DNA from: a virus | Lineage: Duplodnaviria > Caudoviricetes | Length of the DNA: 53,661 nucleotides | Strand: one strand, 5' to 3' | IMG/VR virus record: IMGVR_UViG_3300037634_002371 | Coordinates: 1 to 53,661 of that record | Shown here: in pieces, positions 44,716 to 53,661 of the stretch | Position numbering within the stretch: the first letter of the stretch is position 1 | Layout of the letters: each line of letters starts with the position of its first letter | Notes under the pieces: generated by a model | What the model saw: only the letters and a program-made list of their open reading frames with translations | Databases searched by the model: none | Told to the model about the DNA's origin: nothing | Program-made: the position numbers and the translations under genes

Positions 44716-45015
44716 CTATTGCGTTAATACTTTAGTCTTTTTTTCTTTTTTCTTTTCTGTTAAAGACTTCGCTGTACCACCTAGTTTTAAACTACCAGAT
44801 TGGTCTGGCATTTTGTTTTTAATACTGATAATATTACCTTCTGCGTCAATTTCTGCCATAGATGGACCACAGATTACTCTACGACCATCTTTTAATTTTT
44901 CAATCTTTCTTTTATCTTTCAAACAGCCCATTAAACCATCATACTTAACAAATTCGCTTGATGTATCAGTTACAATAAACATTGTTATGATGGTAACTAA
45001 AGTAGCTGCGTCCAT
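44716..45015 (-). CDS. small exported protein related to 43170..43652
   Basis: hydrophobic N-terminus, GCLKDKRKIE...VIC. Confidence 0.65.
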   Translation of the reverse strand: MDAATLVTIITMFIVTDTSSEFVKYDGLMGCLKDKRKIEKLKDGRRVICGPSMAEIDAEGNIISIKNKMPDQSGSLKLGGTAKSLTEKKKEKKTKVLTQ

Positions 45016-45483
45016 TTAATTCCCCTCCGTAGTAAAACCAGTATTGGTTTCTCTAATCTTGTCCTTTAATTTCTCAATATCTTCCAAAGACTTCTCCATA
45101 TCCGTCTGCAACCTTTCAATGTTTACCTTATTGTTCATCATACCTTCAAGTTGCTTCGTAAGACTTTCCACTTGTCCTGAAAGAAATTCTATAAGCATAA
45201 ATTGTTCAGAATCAGCAGGCGGAGAACCTAAATCCCCCCTTGGCCATTTGATCCTAAATTCATTATTTTGTGCAATATCACCTGTAACCAATGAATCTAT
45301 ATCTTTATCAATTCTTTGCACTTCACTAGTTAAATCTTTTTCTGCAAGTGTAGCTTTTGTTTCTAAATTATTTAATCTCTCCATCACCCCAAAATAAGCC
45401 CACACTCCTATACCTACAGCTGCTAGGATGGATAATAAATTTCGCATAGGCATAGAAATTGCTGTACTATCTGATATTTTCAT
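45016..45483 (-). CDS. TM plus coiled-coil hypothetical protein
   Basis: SMPMRNLLSILAAVGIGVWAYFG, DSEQFMLIEFL. Confidence 0.75.
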   Translation of the reverse strand: MKISDSTAISMPMRNLLSILAAVGIGVWAYFGVMERLNNLETKATLAEKDLTSEVQRIDKDIDSLVTGDIAQNNEFRIKWPRGDLGSPPADSEQFMLIEFLSGQVESLTKQLEGMMNNKVNIERLQTDMEKSLEDIEKLKDKIRETNTGFTTEGN

Positions 45484-46166
45484 CTACGTTTCTCCTTTAA
45501 TCTACTTACAATCCATTTTCTGGCTGTAAAACTTTTAATTGGTGCATTTAATAATGCTGTTACTTGTCTTGCCACTTTATTCATAGTTATTGTTATTAAT
45601 TCTAAATTTGATTTGTTATTTTCAACTTCACTATAATTAGAACCAAACAATCTTTTATATTTAGGTTTATTACTTTGTGTTTGTTTCCAAGAAGTTGTTA
45701 AAATATAATCTGCCATTTGTCTTTCTCTTTGTTTTTGTCGCTCTAAAGCAACTTGTAAAGGTGTTTGGACAAATATCATATAACAATCATATCCTAACAA
45801 AGTTAACATCTGATATTGTCTAGCAATAGAATCATAATCTCTTGCTGTACTATCAATAACTAATCCTAATCTTCCTTGAACATAAGAGCCTAATGCAGTT
45901 GCTGTTACTGCTTTTGCACCAGCTCTTATTTTATCTCTAAAATATTTTTCGTGTTCAGGCATACTTAATGATAAATTTGTTTTCTTTAAATCGGCTTCAA
46001 ATTTTTTATCTGAATTTACAACTTTCAATCCAGAACCAGCAAATGCTCTAGCAGAAACAAATGATTTTCCTGACGCAGGTCCACCTGCAAGGAAGAAAGC
46101 TTTAAATATTCCTTTATCATAAACGCCTTCAGTTATGTGTTGTGCAAAACTTGCTACTGCTGTCAT
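45480..46166 (-). CDS. P-loop kinase (zeta-toxin/PNK-like)
   Basis: FLAGGPASGKS Walker A, VNSD, LVIDST, ALERQKQRER lid. Confidence 0.8.
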   Translation of the reverse strand: MTAVASFAQHITEGVYDKGIFKAFFLAGGPASGKSFVSARAFAGSGLKVVNSDKKFEADLKKTNLSLSMPEHEKYFRDKIRAGAKAVTATALGSYVQGRLGLVIDSTARDYDSIARQYQMLTLLGYDCYMIFVQTPLQVALERQKQRERQMADYILTTSWKQTQSNKPKYKRLFGSNYSEVENNKSNLELITITMNKVARQVTALLNAPIKSFTARKWIVSRLKEKRR

Positions 46167-47386
46167 CCTTTAATCCAATTCTTTGCTAATGTAAAGTTTG
46201 CTGTGCTAAACTCTAATCTGTCCACAAGTTTTACAGCATTCCCCATTCTATCTACAGCAACAAAACCTTCAGGATTAGTTACTCTCCATCCCTTATCAGT
46301 TTGTATAAATGTTCCAATAGATTTAACTTGATTCATTTTATTTACTAAAAAATTTTTAGCTCTTGTTAAACTTAAATAACTTGCAATCGCAAAATAAATT
46401 TCATCACCATATCTGTCTATAAATTTTAAACCTTCATCTCTAATTGTTTCATATCTTTTTTTAGCTGCAGGTGTTTTTCTTTTTGAAACTTCATCATCTA
46501 AAACACTTGCATAATATTTTCTAAAATCATTATTAATTTTTTGTGTGCTTGGAAAAGATTGTCCTTTTTTAACATAATCATTAAAGAATATTTTTAATCT
46601 AGCACCAACAGATAATAAATTTGTTTGTCTTCTTAATAAATTTAAAATTCTTTTACCTTTTTTAATTGACCCTATTGCCATTCTCAATATACTTGTAAAA
46701 GTATTATTTTCTCCTTTAGTAAATGTAGCAACACCACTATTATCTCTATAACTAGCATTATCAAAAAATACATCTGAAGTTTTAGCAAACGAATTAATAC
46801 TAACTCCAAAACCTGCTTTTAACTTATCTATTGTTCGTCCTGAATATGTTGTATGAAATATAATACCTATTTTTGCTTTTAAAATTCTTTTTGCTAAATC
46901 ACTATCCTCTGGTACTGCATATGTAATTGTATTTGGTCTAAATGCAATATGTTTTTCTCCTCTTATAGAAGCTGACTTAATTTCTTTAGGCGTAAAAAGT
47001 AAATCTCCTTGAACAACTCCTCTAATATTCAATTTTTTAAGATACTTTAAACATACCTCTAGTTTATCCACAAGAGCACCTGCGTGATTTCTTCTTATAT
47101 CTGAATTTGTATAATTGATTTTTGGAGTTACATTGAAAAGTGATTTTGTGGCAACAAAAAAACGACCGTTTTCTGGATTAATACCACAGATTATAGCAGG
47201 AGCTCCATCCCACTTTGTAGATACATTAACTTTACGACCTGACTCTCCTACCATCATATTTCTTAATGATGTTAAGAATTGGATAGCATTTAAGCCACCT
47301 TCGTATCCGTTATTGATTATATCGTCCTCTAAATGTTCTAGGTGTGTGTTCCTAGCTTCGGACAAATATTGTTTAAAACTTTGCAT
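46163..47386 (-). CDS. conserved phage protein with ligase-like nucleotidyltransferase motifs (DUF6267-like)
   Basis: HLEHLED, TKWDGAP, QGDLLF, PEGFVAV, VKLVDR; leader MQSFKQYLSE. Confidence 0.65.
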   Translation of the reverse strand: MQSFKQYLSEARNTHLEHLEDDIINNGYEGGLNAIQFLTSLRNMMVGESGRKVNVSTKWDGAPAIICGINPENGRFFVATKSLFNVTPKINYTNSDIRRNHAGALVDKLEVCLKYLKKLNIRGVVQGDLLFTPKEIKSASIRGEKHIAFRPNTITYAVPEDSDLAKRILKAKIGIIFHTTYSGRTIDKLKAGFGVSINSFAKTSDVFFDNASYRDNSGVATFTKGENNTFTSILRMAIGSIKKGKRILNLLRRQTNLLSVGARLKIFFNDYVKKGQSFPSTQKINNDFRKYYASVLDDEVSKRKTPAAKKRYETIRDEGLKFIDRYGDEIYFAIASYLSLTRAKNFLVNKMNQVKSIGTFIQTDKGWRVTNPEGFVAVDRMGNAVKLVDRLEFSTANFTLAKNWIKG

Positions 47387-47445
47387 TTATCTCCCAATAA
47401 TTCCATTAACAAAAAATCACTCATCCATCAATTTATCAACACATA

Positions 47446-47453
47446 TATTTATA
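47446..47453 (-). promoter_or_regulatory. T4-type late promoter heading the 47386-37207 run
   Basis: TATAAATA, intergenic, minus strand; GGGAG SD downstream. Confidence 0.7.
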
Positions 47454-47454
47454 A

Positions 47455-48681
47455 TTAATATAATTTGCCGAAAGGTCCAAAATCATATACTTGTCTACCT
47501 TTCTTTTGAGATATAAAAAGTAAGTCTGTTAAAAATTCATTTCGTTTTTTATCTCTTAATTGCAATACTTTATCAATAAAATACATCTGCATTAACTTAA
47601 TATTTGCAATATGAGATTCCTTACCTTTAAATACCTTTACCATATTATCTAAAAATTCGTTTTTACTCTTAACACCAATGCCTTTAACAAGTTTATTTTT
47701 ATTCAATCTATCAAACATACTACCATATTCAATTCGTCTTTTATGAAATTCTTTTAAATTCATAGGATAGGATTGATGTTGTTTTGTTGTAGAATTAAAC
47801 AATTTTTTATCATACATAAGTGCTAATTTTTCTACTAATCCTAACGGTGCCTTACCTAATCTAGCAGCTGCTCCCCTCATTACAGGTTCAAATACTAAAT
47901 TTGATAATCTGGAAGTAGTATTACCTTTTAATTGATATTTCGCTACTTCTTTATTATCTCTATCCCAAAGGACAATGTTTGAATCTTTTGTTAGAAAGGA
48001 TGTTTTTCTAGGATTTAAATCTAATTTTAATACAACCTGACCTAATTTAAAATTATATTCACCTTCTTTAGTTTCTATTTTATCAAAAAACTTTTCATCA
48101 ACATTTACTTCTTCATATTTAGCTTGAGCGCCAGTAATAAGTTTTAATGATATACCTACAACCTCACGTTTTTTAAACATACTTCTCATTATAGCATTTA
48201 ATTCTCTTATAGTTTGAGTACCACTAGCACCATCTAATTCTTTTTGTATTTTTTTTCTAAAGACATCCTTTTGTTTTATCAACCAAATATCTGCTGGATT
48301 CCAAGCATCCTTTTTTGGTATATTAAATTTAGTTTTAATTAAATCATTAATAAATTGCATAAACCCACCATCACGGTTGAAAACTGTAAATTTAGAATCA
48401 GAAAATTCATCAAGCATTTTCTTTTGTTGTAAGTAAAAAGTAGTTAACCATTTACCTTCAGGTGTTTTTGGATTTAATGTTTCAAAATGAAATAATTTTT
48501 TAGAATTTAAAGTAAAAATTTTTTCTAAGCCATCTTTAGTAACTTTATCTTCAATAATATCTTCAGCCTTTTTAAATTTCTTATTATCTTTAAACGCTCT
48601 TTGTAAAATAAATGCAGTTCCTCGCTCCTGCATTTTTGTAAATACAGCTTCTGATACTGATATGTTATTTATTTTTGCCAT
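47455..48681 (-). CDS. putative PD-(D/E)xK-fold nuclease
   Basis: MQE helix, WNPADIWL, VVGISLK; AATAAATA 5 nt before the ATG. Confidence 0.5.
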   Translation of the reverse strand: MAKINNISVSEAVFTKMQERGTAFILQRAFKDNKKFKKAEDIIEDKVTKDGLEKIFTLNSKKLFHFETLNPKTPEGKWLTTFYLQQKKMLDEFSDSKFTVFNRDGGFMQFINDLIKTKFNIPKKDAWNPADIWLIKQKDVFRKKIQKELDGASGTQTIRELNAIMRSMFKKREVVGISLKLITGAQAKYEEVNVDEKFFDKIETKEGEYNFKLGQVVLKLDLNPRKTSFLTKDSNIVLWDRDNKEVAKYQLKGNTTSRLSNLVFEPVMRGAAARLGKAPLGLVEKLALMYDKKLFNSTTKQHQSYPMNLKEFHKRRIEYGSMFDRLNKNKLVKGIGVKSKNEFLDNMVKVFKGKESHIANIKLMQMYFIDKVLQLRDKKRNEFLTDLLFISQKKGRQVYDFGPFGKLY

Positions 48682-48685
48682 ACTA

Positions 48686-49270
48686 CTATTTATTAGTAGT
48701 ATCTTTAGGTTTAATAGAATTTCTGCTTGCTATTTTAGTCCAATATTCTGCACAATATATATTTGAAGAAACGCAATATCTTTTTCCTTCAAATTTTTTC
48801 TTTTTAACACCGTGTTTTATCCAACCTGGAAACATTAATAAAAGACCGTGTTCAGGTCTTCTTTCAATATTTAAGTCAGGAAAGGAAACACCAGGAAAAT
48901 CTTGTAATGGATTAATATAATATACACAACCAAAAACAGCAGGCCAATGGTCGTGGATTATAGTATAATCTTCACTAACATATTTCATACCCCATAAATC
49001 ATTAATCATAGGTACCAAACTCACATTGTATTTTTGTTTTGCAACTGTCTTACTCATATCTAAAATAATATTTGCAAGCTGTTTAAAGCCAGGTCTATCA
49101 ACCATTGACCATTGTGTCATTTGAGCTTTAACATTAGTTTTATGATTTTGTTTATCCCCTTGTTTATCAATCTCTTTAATAATTTTGTTATTCATTTTTT
49201 CATCATCAAGCTTTTGCTCAAATAGAGTAACATTTAAATTATTAGTAGGGAATGTTTTTTCTAATATCAT
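48686..49270 (-). CDS. 2OG-Fe(II) oxygenase
   Basis: HDH, CVYY, LMFPGWIKHGV, RYCVSSN. Confidence 0.8.
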   Translation of the reverse strand: MILEKTFPTNNLNVTLFEQKLDDEKMNNKIIKEIDKQGDKQNHKTNVKAQMTQWSMVDRPGFKQLANIILDMSKTVAKQKYNVSLVPMINDLWGMKYVSEDYTIIHDHWPAVFGCVYYINPLQDFPGVSFPDLNIERRPEHGLLLMFPGWIKHGVKKKKFEGKRYCVSSNIYCAEYWTKIASRNSIKPKDTTNK

Positions 49271-49545
49271 CTGTTTATTGAAATATAATCTGATTTACCT
49301 TTATCTTTTTTTCTTTCATCTATTGGACGAACATCAAAAAATTTAGGAAATCCAAATCTACCAAATGTCTTATTTTGATTTTGAAACTTAACTACTTTTT
49401 TTGCGTCTTCTTCAAAAAAACTTTCTTTCAAAACTAACTTACTTGGCATTTCTACAGCACGCCACAATATCTTTTTACCTTTTTTAACCATTTCAGTTTT
49501 ATAATAGATAGTAGGTTGTCTTTTTCTTATTGGGTTTTTCTTCAT
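49267..49545 (-). CDS. basic hypothetical protein
   Basis: 92 aa, ATGA coupled to the helicase. Confidence 0.7.
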   Translation of the reverse strand: MKKNPIRKRQPTIYYKTEMVKKGKKILWRAVEMPSKLVLKESFFEEDAKKVVKFQNQNKTFGRFGFPKFFDVRPIDERKKDKGKSDYISINR

Positions 49546-50945
49546 ACTTTGAATCCTGAAAATTTATCATAAGCGTCAGCAGGTTGTGGGCCTGAAGGAC
49601 TATCTAATTTATCTTTTGTTTCTTGGTTACTATCTACAATTTTTTGAGCAGTTTGTTCTACATCATATAATCTCATTTTTGCTCTATCAACACCAATAAT
49701 AAATGCTCTATTTATTGCTGGATCATTATATCTATTTTTTAATTGTTTAATTTTCATTTGATTTAATGCTTCTAACTCATCATTAGTAATTAAAGCAAAC
49801 ATAAAATCAGCTGTTGCAGGTAAACCAAAACTTTCTGCTGTATCTTCTAACCCAACATCGGAAGACATAAATCCAGTTCTGGTTGTTTGAGTCGCTGTCA
49901 TTATAGGTACATTATATCTTACTGCTAAACCTCTTAATTCTTCAGCAATTGCTTTAACATAAAAATAAGATGATATATTACCACCCTTAAATCTACTTGA
50001 AGCACATATATTTAAATAATCAATAAACACTACATCTGGTTTAAAACTTTTCTTTAATGCTAATTCATCCAACAATGATTTAAAATGTCCACTATGAGCA
50101 GCCGCTGTAGGATATTCTTTTATAATTAATTGACCTTCAACACCTTTTTTTAATTTTTGAATTTTATTATCATAATAATTTTTAGGCATTTCATACAATT
50201 CATCAATGGTTACATCTAAAAGATTAGCGTCAATTCTTTCAGCAATTCTTTCTTCAGCCATTTCTAAAGTAATGTATAAAACATTTCTGCCTTGCGTTAG
50301 CATAGAAGACGCAACATGGCACATAAACAAAGACTTACCTACACCTGTTCCTGCTAATGCAACATTTAAAGTTTTAGGAGGAAGACCACCTTTTGTAATT
50401 CTATTGAAATAATTTAAATCAAATTTTAATCGTTCTTCTACTCTATGATAATATTCGTATCGGTCTTCGGTTTGTTTAAAATAATCGTGTCCAATATGTT
50501 CATCAAAACTTACAGCAAGAGCCTCACTCAATATACTTGGTATTGCTTCTGGAGTTAATTTCTTATCTTTACCATCAAGTATTTTAATACCTGAAAGTAT
50601 AGCATTATGTACTGCTCGTTCTTTACAAAATTTTTCTGTTGTATCTAATAACCATTGTTGGTCTACTGACGGTACAGTTATACCTTCTTTTAAACTATCT
50701 AATAATTTGTTAGTTAAATTAAATTCGTCTTCTGTAATATTTTTTAAATTACCTATTTCTATATTCAAAGCTTCTTTGTTAGGAAGATTATTATATTTTA
50801 CTACAAAATCATTTATAAGATTAAAAAGAATTATCTCATCTCTATTTTTAAAAAAATCTACTTTTAAAAAAGGTAAGACTTTACGTGTAAATTCTTCATT
50901 ATGAATTAAATTCCTTAATATTGTTATTTCAAATTGTTCAGCCAT
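49542..50945 (-). CDS. 41: T4-like replicative DNA helicase gp41
   Basis: AGTGVGKS, YITLEMAEERIAERID, FIDYLNI, ATQTTR, ESFGLPATAD, QLKNRY. Confidence 0.95.
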   Translation of the reverse strand: MAEQFEITILRNLIHNEEFTRKVLPFLKVDFFKNRDEIILFNLINDFVVKYNNLPNKEALNIEIGNLKNITEDEFNLTNKLLDSLKEGITVPSVDQQWLLDTTEKFCKERAVHNAILSGIKILDGKDKKLTPEAIPSILSEALAVSFDEHIGHDYFKQTEDRYEYYHRVEERLKFDLNYFNRITKGGLPPKTLNVALAGTGVGKSLFMCHVASSMLTQGRNVLYITLEMAEERIAERIDANLLDVTIDELYEMPKNYYDNKIQKLKKGVEGQLIIKEYPTAAAHSGHFKSLLDELALKKSFKPDVVFIDYLNICASSRFKGGNISSYFYVKAIAEELRGLAVRYNVPIMTATQTTRTGFMSSDVGLEDTAESFGLPATADFMFALITNDELEALNQMKIKQLKNRYNDPAINRAFIIGVDRAKMRLYDVEQTAQKIVDSNQETKDKLDSPSGPQPADAYDKFSGFKV

Positions 50946-50947
50946 AA

Positions 50948-51238
50948 TTAGTCTTTGATATTAAGTTTGCCTTCCTTTAATTGTAGTTCTACAACCTCCA
51001 CTAAAATATCACCTATTAAATTTTTAAATTCCTGACCATCAGTATCTTTATTTTCATAATTTCTTTGTATTTTATAATCAAATTTTAATGGAATTTTACC
51101 TTGTTCATTTTCTTTTTCAGCAAACTTAACATGGCCATATGTAAATATGACATCTTTAAATTCACCTTCAGTTATTTTAATACAAGAAAAATCATCAATA
51201 CCTCTTTGGACAAAGACGTATTTTTTATTCACCGCCAT
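50948..51238 (-). CDS. hypothetical protein at the T4 gene 40 position
   Basis: lies between uvsX and 41; probable start MAVNKKY at 51238. Confidence 0.6.
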   Translation of the reverse strand: MAVNKKYVFVQRGIDDFSCIKITEGEFKDVIFTYGHVKFAEKENEQGKIPLKFDYKIQRNYENKDTDGQEFKNLIGDILVEVVELQLKEGKLNIKD

Positions 51239-52244
51239 AAAGGAATTCTTTTTTGGCAGCCTGGTCAATCTTATTGAGAATATCTTTAGTAAAGAATTTA
51301 TCAGGTTCATTATTAATTGTTTTAGCATATTGTTTTGTTCCGTCTGGTAATTCTATTCTCGTTGATACTGCTTTAAATAAATTATGTTTAAGTGCAATAT
51401 CTAATAATCCATAATATCTTTCTAAACCTTTATCGTAAGTTAATCTTACATCTACTTTAGCATTTTCTTTTGTTAATCTACTTTTATAATTTAAACAATG
51501 AATAATTTGACCAATAACTTCTTTACCTTCTTTTTCTTTTCGTCTGGAAAGATATATTATATTACTAGCAGCATATTTTAATCCACTTCCACCACCCATT
51601 TCTTTTTGTGGGAACATTGACCCGATAACATCATAAGTATGGTTAGTCATTATCATTGGTACTTTTGCTTTGCCTAATTTTAATGTTAAAACTCTAAATG
51701 CAGCCTTGACAATTTGAGACCTTGTCATATCTCTGGTTTCTTTTCCTTCGGCTGTATCTGTCATTTCTTTTGTAGTAGATAACATACCTAAACTATCTAA
51801 TACAAACATAATAGGTTGTTTTGTCTTTTCATCCTGTTCAATATATTTGTCTAATACTCTTATTGCTTGGTATCTAAATTCTTGTACGGTTGATACTGGT
51901 ACTATAACCATTCTTTTACTATCAACACCTCTACTCTCAACTAAATCTCTTGTTAAAGCACTTTCAGATTCAAAGAACACTACACCACCGTTCTTATGTT
52001 TATCTAAAAAATATTTAGCTATTCCTAATGCAAAGAAAGTTTTACCTGTTGCAGCTTCTCCTGCGATTGCAGTAATTTTGTTTGAAGGAAGACCTCCAAA
52101 AATTGAACCTGATAATAAACCATTTAAAGCATAAGAGCCTGTATCAATAAAACTATTAACATCTCCTGCTTCAACACCTTCACTTACTAGTGAAGCATAT
52201 TCATTTCCTGTTTCTTTAATAATTTCTTTTAGAAAATCGCTCAT
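51225..52244 (-). CDS. uvsX: RecA-like recombinase UvsX
   Basis: [36 protein letters not shown]; start MSDFLK. Confidence 0.95.
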   Translation of the reverse strand: MSDFLKEIIKETGNEYASLVSEGVEAGDVNSFIDTGSYALNGLLSGSIFGGLPSNKITAIAGEAATGKTFFALGIAKYFLDKHKNGGVVFFESESALTRDLVESRGVDSKRMVIVPVSTVQEFRYQAIRVLDKYIEQDEKTKQPIMFVLDSLGMLSTTKEMTDTAEGKETRDMTRSQIVKAAFRVLTLKLGKAKVPMIMTNHTYDVIGSMFPQKEMGGGSGLKYAASNIIYLSRRKEKEGKEVIGQIIHCLNYKSRLTKENAKVDVRLTYDKGLERYYGLLDIALKHNLFKAVSTRIELPDGTKQYAKTINNEPDKFFTKDILNKIDQAAKKEFLYGGE

Positions 52245-52389
52245 ACTGTTCAATATCCTTATCTGTATAACTTATAACGTACCATTTTATATTGTTATTA
52301 TAACATTGTTCTCTTACAAAGTCAAGGTCTTCAGGAGAAAAATCCAATGATATATAATTGTTATATCTTTTATATAATGTTATCCTCAT
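52216..52389 (-). CDS. 57-aa hypothetical protein (not in ORF track)
   Basis: [57 protein letters not shown] fills the gap. Confidence 0.55.
   Translation of the reverse strand: MRITLYKRYNNYISLDFSPEDLDFVREQCYNNNIKWYVISYTDKDIEQYERFSKRNY
52297..52325 (-). promoter_or_regulatory. sigma70 promoter for uvsX-41
   Basis: TTGACT (52325-52320), 17-bp spacer, TATAAT (52302-52297) with extended -10 TG. Confidence 0.75.
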
Positions 52390-52729
52390 TGTAATTTCTT
52401 GCTCTCAATACAACTGGTCTTCCTTTTGGAATATTAGGCAACTGTTTAGGTGTATTAGGATCTCGCTCCCATTCAAATCTGAATTTTTCATTTTGTGGTA
52501 CCCATCCTTTAAAGGGTATTTCTAAATCTTTGTCAGTTATATTAACCCATATTTCCTTAAATAAATTTTCGCTCTCCACAGGTCCATGAATATCAAAGAC
52601 TCTTCCTTTAACTTTTGCTAGCCTATGTTTAAGTGCTTCTTTGTTATATTCTAAAACTCTTTGGTAATCCCAATACTCTTTTAAATCTTTATATTGCTCT
52701 TTAGTAATCATTAATGCTTGACTGGACAT
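52370..52729 (-). CDS. hypothetical protein
   Basis: 119 aa ORF in operon. Confidence 0.7.
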   Translation of the reverse strand: MSSQALMITKEQYKDLKEYWDYQRVLEYNKEALKHRLAKVKGRVFDIHGPVESENLFKEIWVNITDKDLEIPFKGWVPQNEKFRFEWERDPNTPKQLPNIPKGRPVVLRARNYNEDNII

Positions 52730-53466
52730 TTTTTCACCTCTGCTTGATGTAACTTATATCCTCCTGTAAATTTAGTTCTGACATTCATATATCCTTCATT
52801 TGCCCACTTTGTATTTTCAGGCGTAGGGCCTTGTATGTCATATGTATATTTATTTCTTTCATAAGGTACATACATCGCTAAAGGTGTACCTTTTTTAATT
52901 CTAAATGTACCAAACCTTTTCATAAGCACTTGTTGATTAATTTCGTGGTGTATATCTGACCATATAATACCAGGTAAAACTTCAAACACAGTATTATAAT
53001 GATAATACATTGGTAACTGCCATACTGACCAACCTGGTGGTGTCTTTAAACGCCATGGACACGTAGGTTTTAATACCATACTTGAATTATCTTTTACGTG
53101 CTGTGGAGCAAAATTTCTAAACTGCTCATCAGCATGGCTTGAAAAGTTAAATTGTGGCTCTGGAGATTGCCATTTAAATTTATTGTGTTCTATTTCTAGG
53201 TGTAAATCACACCATAAAGGTACTACAAATCCTTGAGATAAATATTCAGGCATAGATGGACAATTTTTTACTGTTCCTTTATTCATAGGATCGTCTTTAA
53301 ATCCATCAAGCATCCTATCAACTCGTTTCCACCAATCTGGAATAACTTCTTTTGCAGGTAATACTGGCACAACTTTTTCTAAACCATCTATAACTGACCA
53401 CCAATGAATTTTAGGTTTTTCTGGTTGTTTCCAAATTGTAAATATTTTTTTTATCTTTTCTATCAT
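52711..53466 (-). CDS. phage hypothetical protein (beta-rich, CP and PGII..D motifs)
   Basis: TVKNCP, GFVVPLWCD, PWRLKTPPGWS, LPGIIWSD, IKKGTPL. Confidence 0.7.
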   Translation of the reverse strand: MIEKIKKIFTIWKQPEKPKIHWWSVIDGLEKVVPVLPAKEVIPDWWKRVDRMLDGFKDDPMNKGTVKNCPSMPEYLSQGFVVPLWCDLHLEIEHNKFKWQSPEPQFNFSSHADEQFRNFAPQHVKDNSSMVLKPTCPWRLKTPPGWSVWQLPMYYHYNTVFEVLPGIIWSDIHHEINQQVLMKRFGTFRIKKGTPLAMYVPYERNKYTYDIQGPTPENTKWANEGYMNVRTKFTGGYKLHQAEVKKCPVKH

Positions 53467-53661
53467 ATAGGTAATGCAGCCTTTCTAGCGTGTCTGAAAT
53501 AATCAATAGTAGCTAAACTATTACTAACAGTTAGGTTAGGATTATTTACTGCTATTGTAGTAAATGTTGGATGTTTTGAAAAACACCATATATTTTCAAT
53601 ATAAAATCTATTCATAAACTCTGCTTTTTCTTCCTCGTTTTTAAATAACTTATCACTTTTA
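53463..53661 (-). CDS. 3' end of a gene entering from the right edge
   Basis: open frame KSDKLFKNEEEKAEFMNRFYIENIWCFSK...ALPI ending in ATGA overlap; product not assignable from the fragment. Confidence 0.6.
   Translation of the reverse strand, partial: KSDKLFKNEEEKAEFMNRFYIENIWCFSKHPTFTTIAVNNPNLTVSNSLATIDYFRHARKAALPI

Noticed and set aside
45480-46166. Zeta toxin of a toxin-antitoxin pair
   Set aside because: No epsilon-like antitoxin is recognisable, and the gene has a capsid-leader-like N-terminus within a late operon; substrate remains unknown
169-52134. Numerous plus-strand ORFs of 60-140 aa in the ORF track
   Set aside because: All except the cyclase are antisense shadows of well-supported minus-strand genes, with S/L/F/I-rich composition and no SD
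1-53661. tRNA, rRNA, integrase or transposase genes
   Set aside because: Intergenic gaps are short and none showed a cloverleaf with T-loop or recombinase motifs on manual reading; tRNAscan-SE would be the decisive test

Overview
AT-rich, densely coded window of a T4-like (myovirus) marine phage genome. Gene content points to an alphaproteobacterial host, probably SAR11 (inference from the AapJ, GroES and ThyX types). Almost all genes are on the minus strand. Left to right: small early genes behind a sigma70 promoter (1-1.9 kb); a glycan-modification island with glycosyltransferases, three FkbM methyltransferases, a carbamoyltransferase, a 2OG oxygenase, a kinase-methyltransferase fusion and GroES (2.2-15 kb); thyX, a RuvC-like gene, nrdB/nrdA and gp61 primase (15-22 kb); a curli-type module (csgF, csgG, curlin-repeat protein, FecR-domain protein) sharing a 49-bp divergent late-promoter region with a CHASE2 adenylate cyclase, the only credible plus-strand gene (22-28.6 kb); a lysis region with a spanin pair split by a GIY-YIG endonuclease plus 2OG oxygenase cassette, and an unannotated metallothionein-like peptide (28.6-33 kb); a late cluster of probable capsid-internal proteins including a 1.1k-aa modular polyprotein, a double nucleotidyltransferase, a P-loop kinase and a ligase-like protein, with an orphan AapJ (33-48.7 kb); and gp41 helicase and uvsX (49.5-52.3 kb). 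The best candidate new system is a phage-encoded trans-envelope curli-FecR-CHASE2 cAMP signalling module. The second is a set of virion-packaged nucleic-acid end-processing enzymes. No tRNA, rRNA or CRISPR array was seen. All family calls come from motif recognition by eye; no database search was run.
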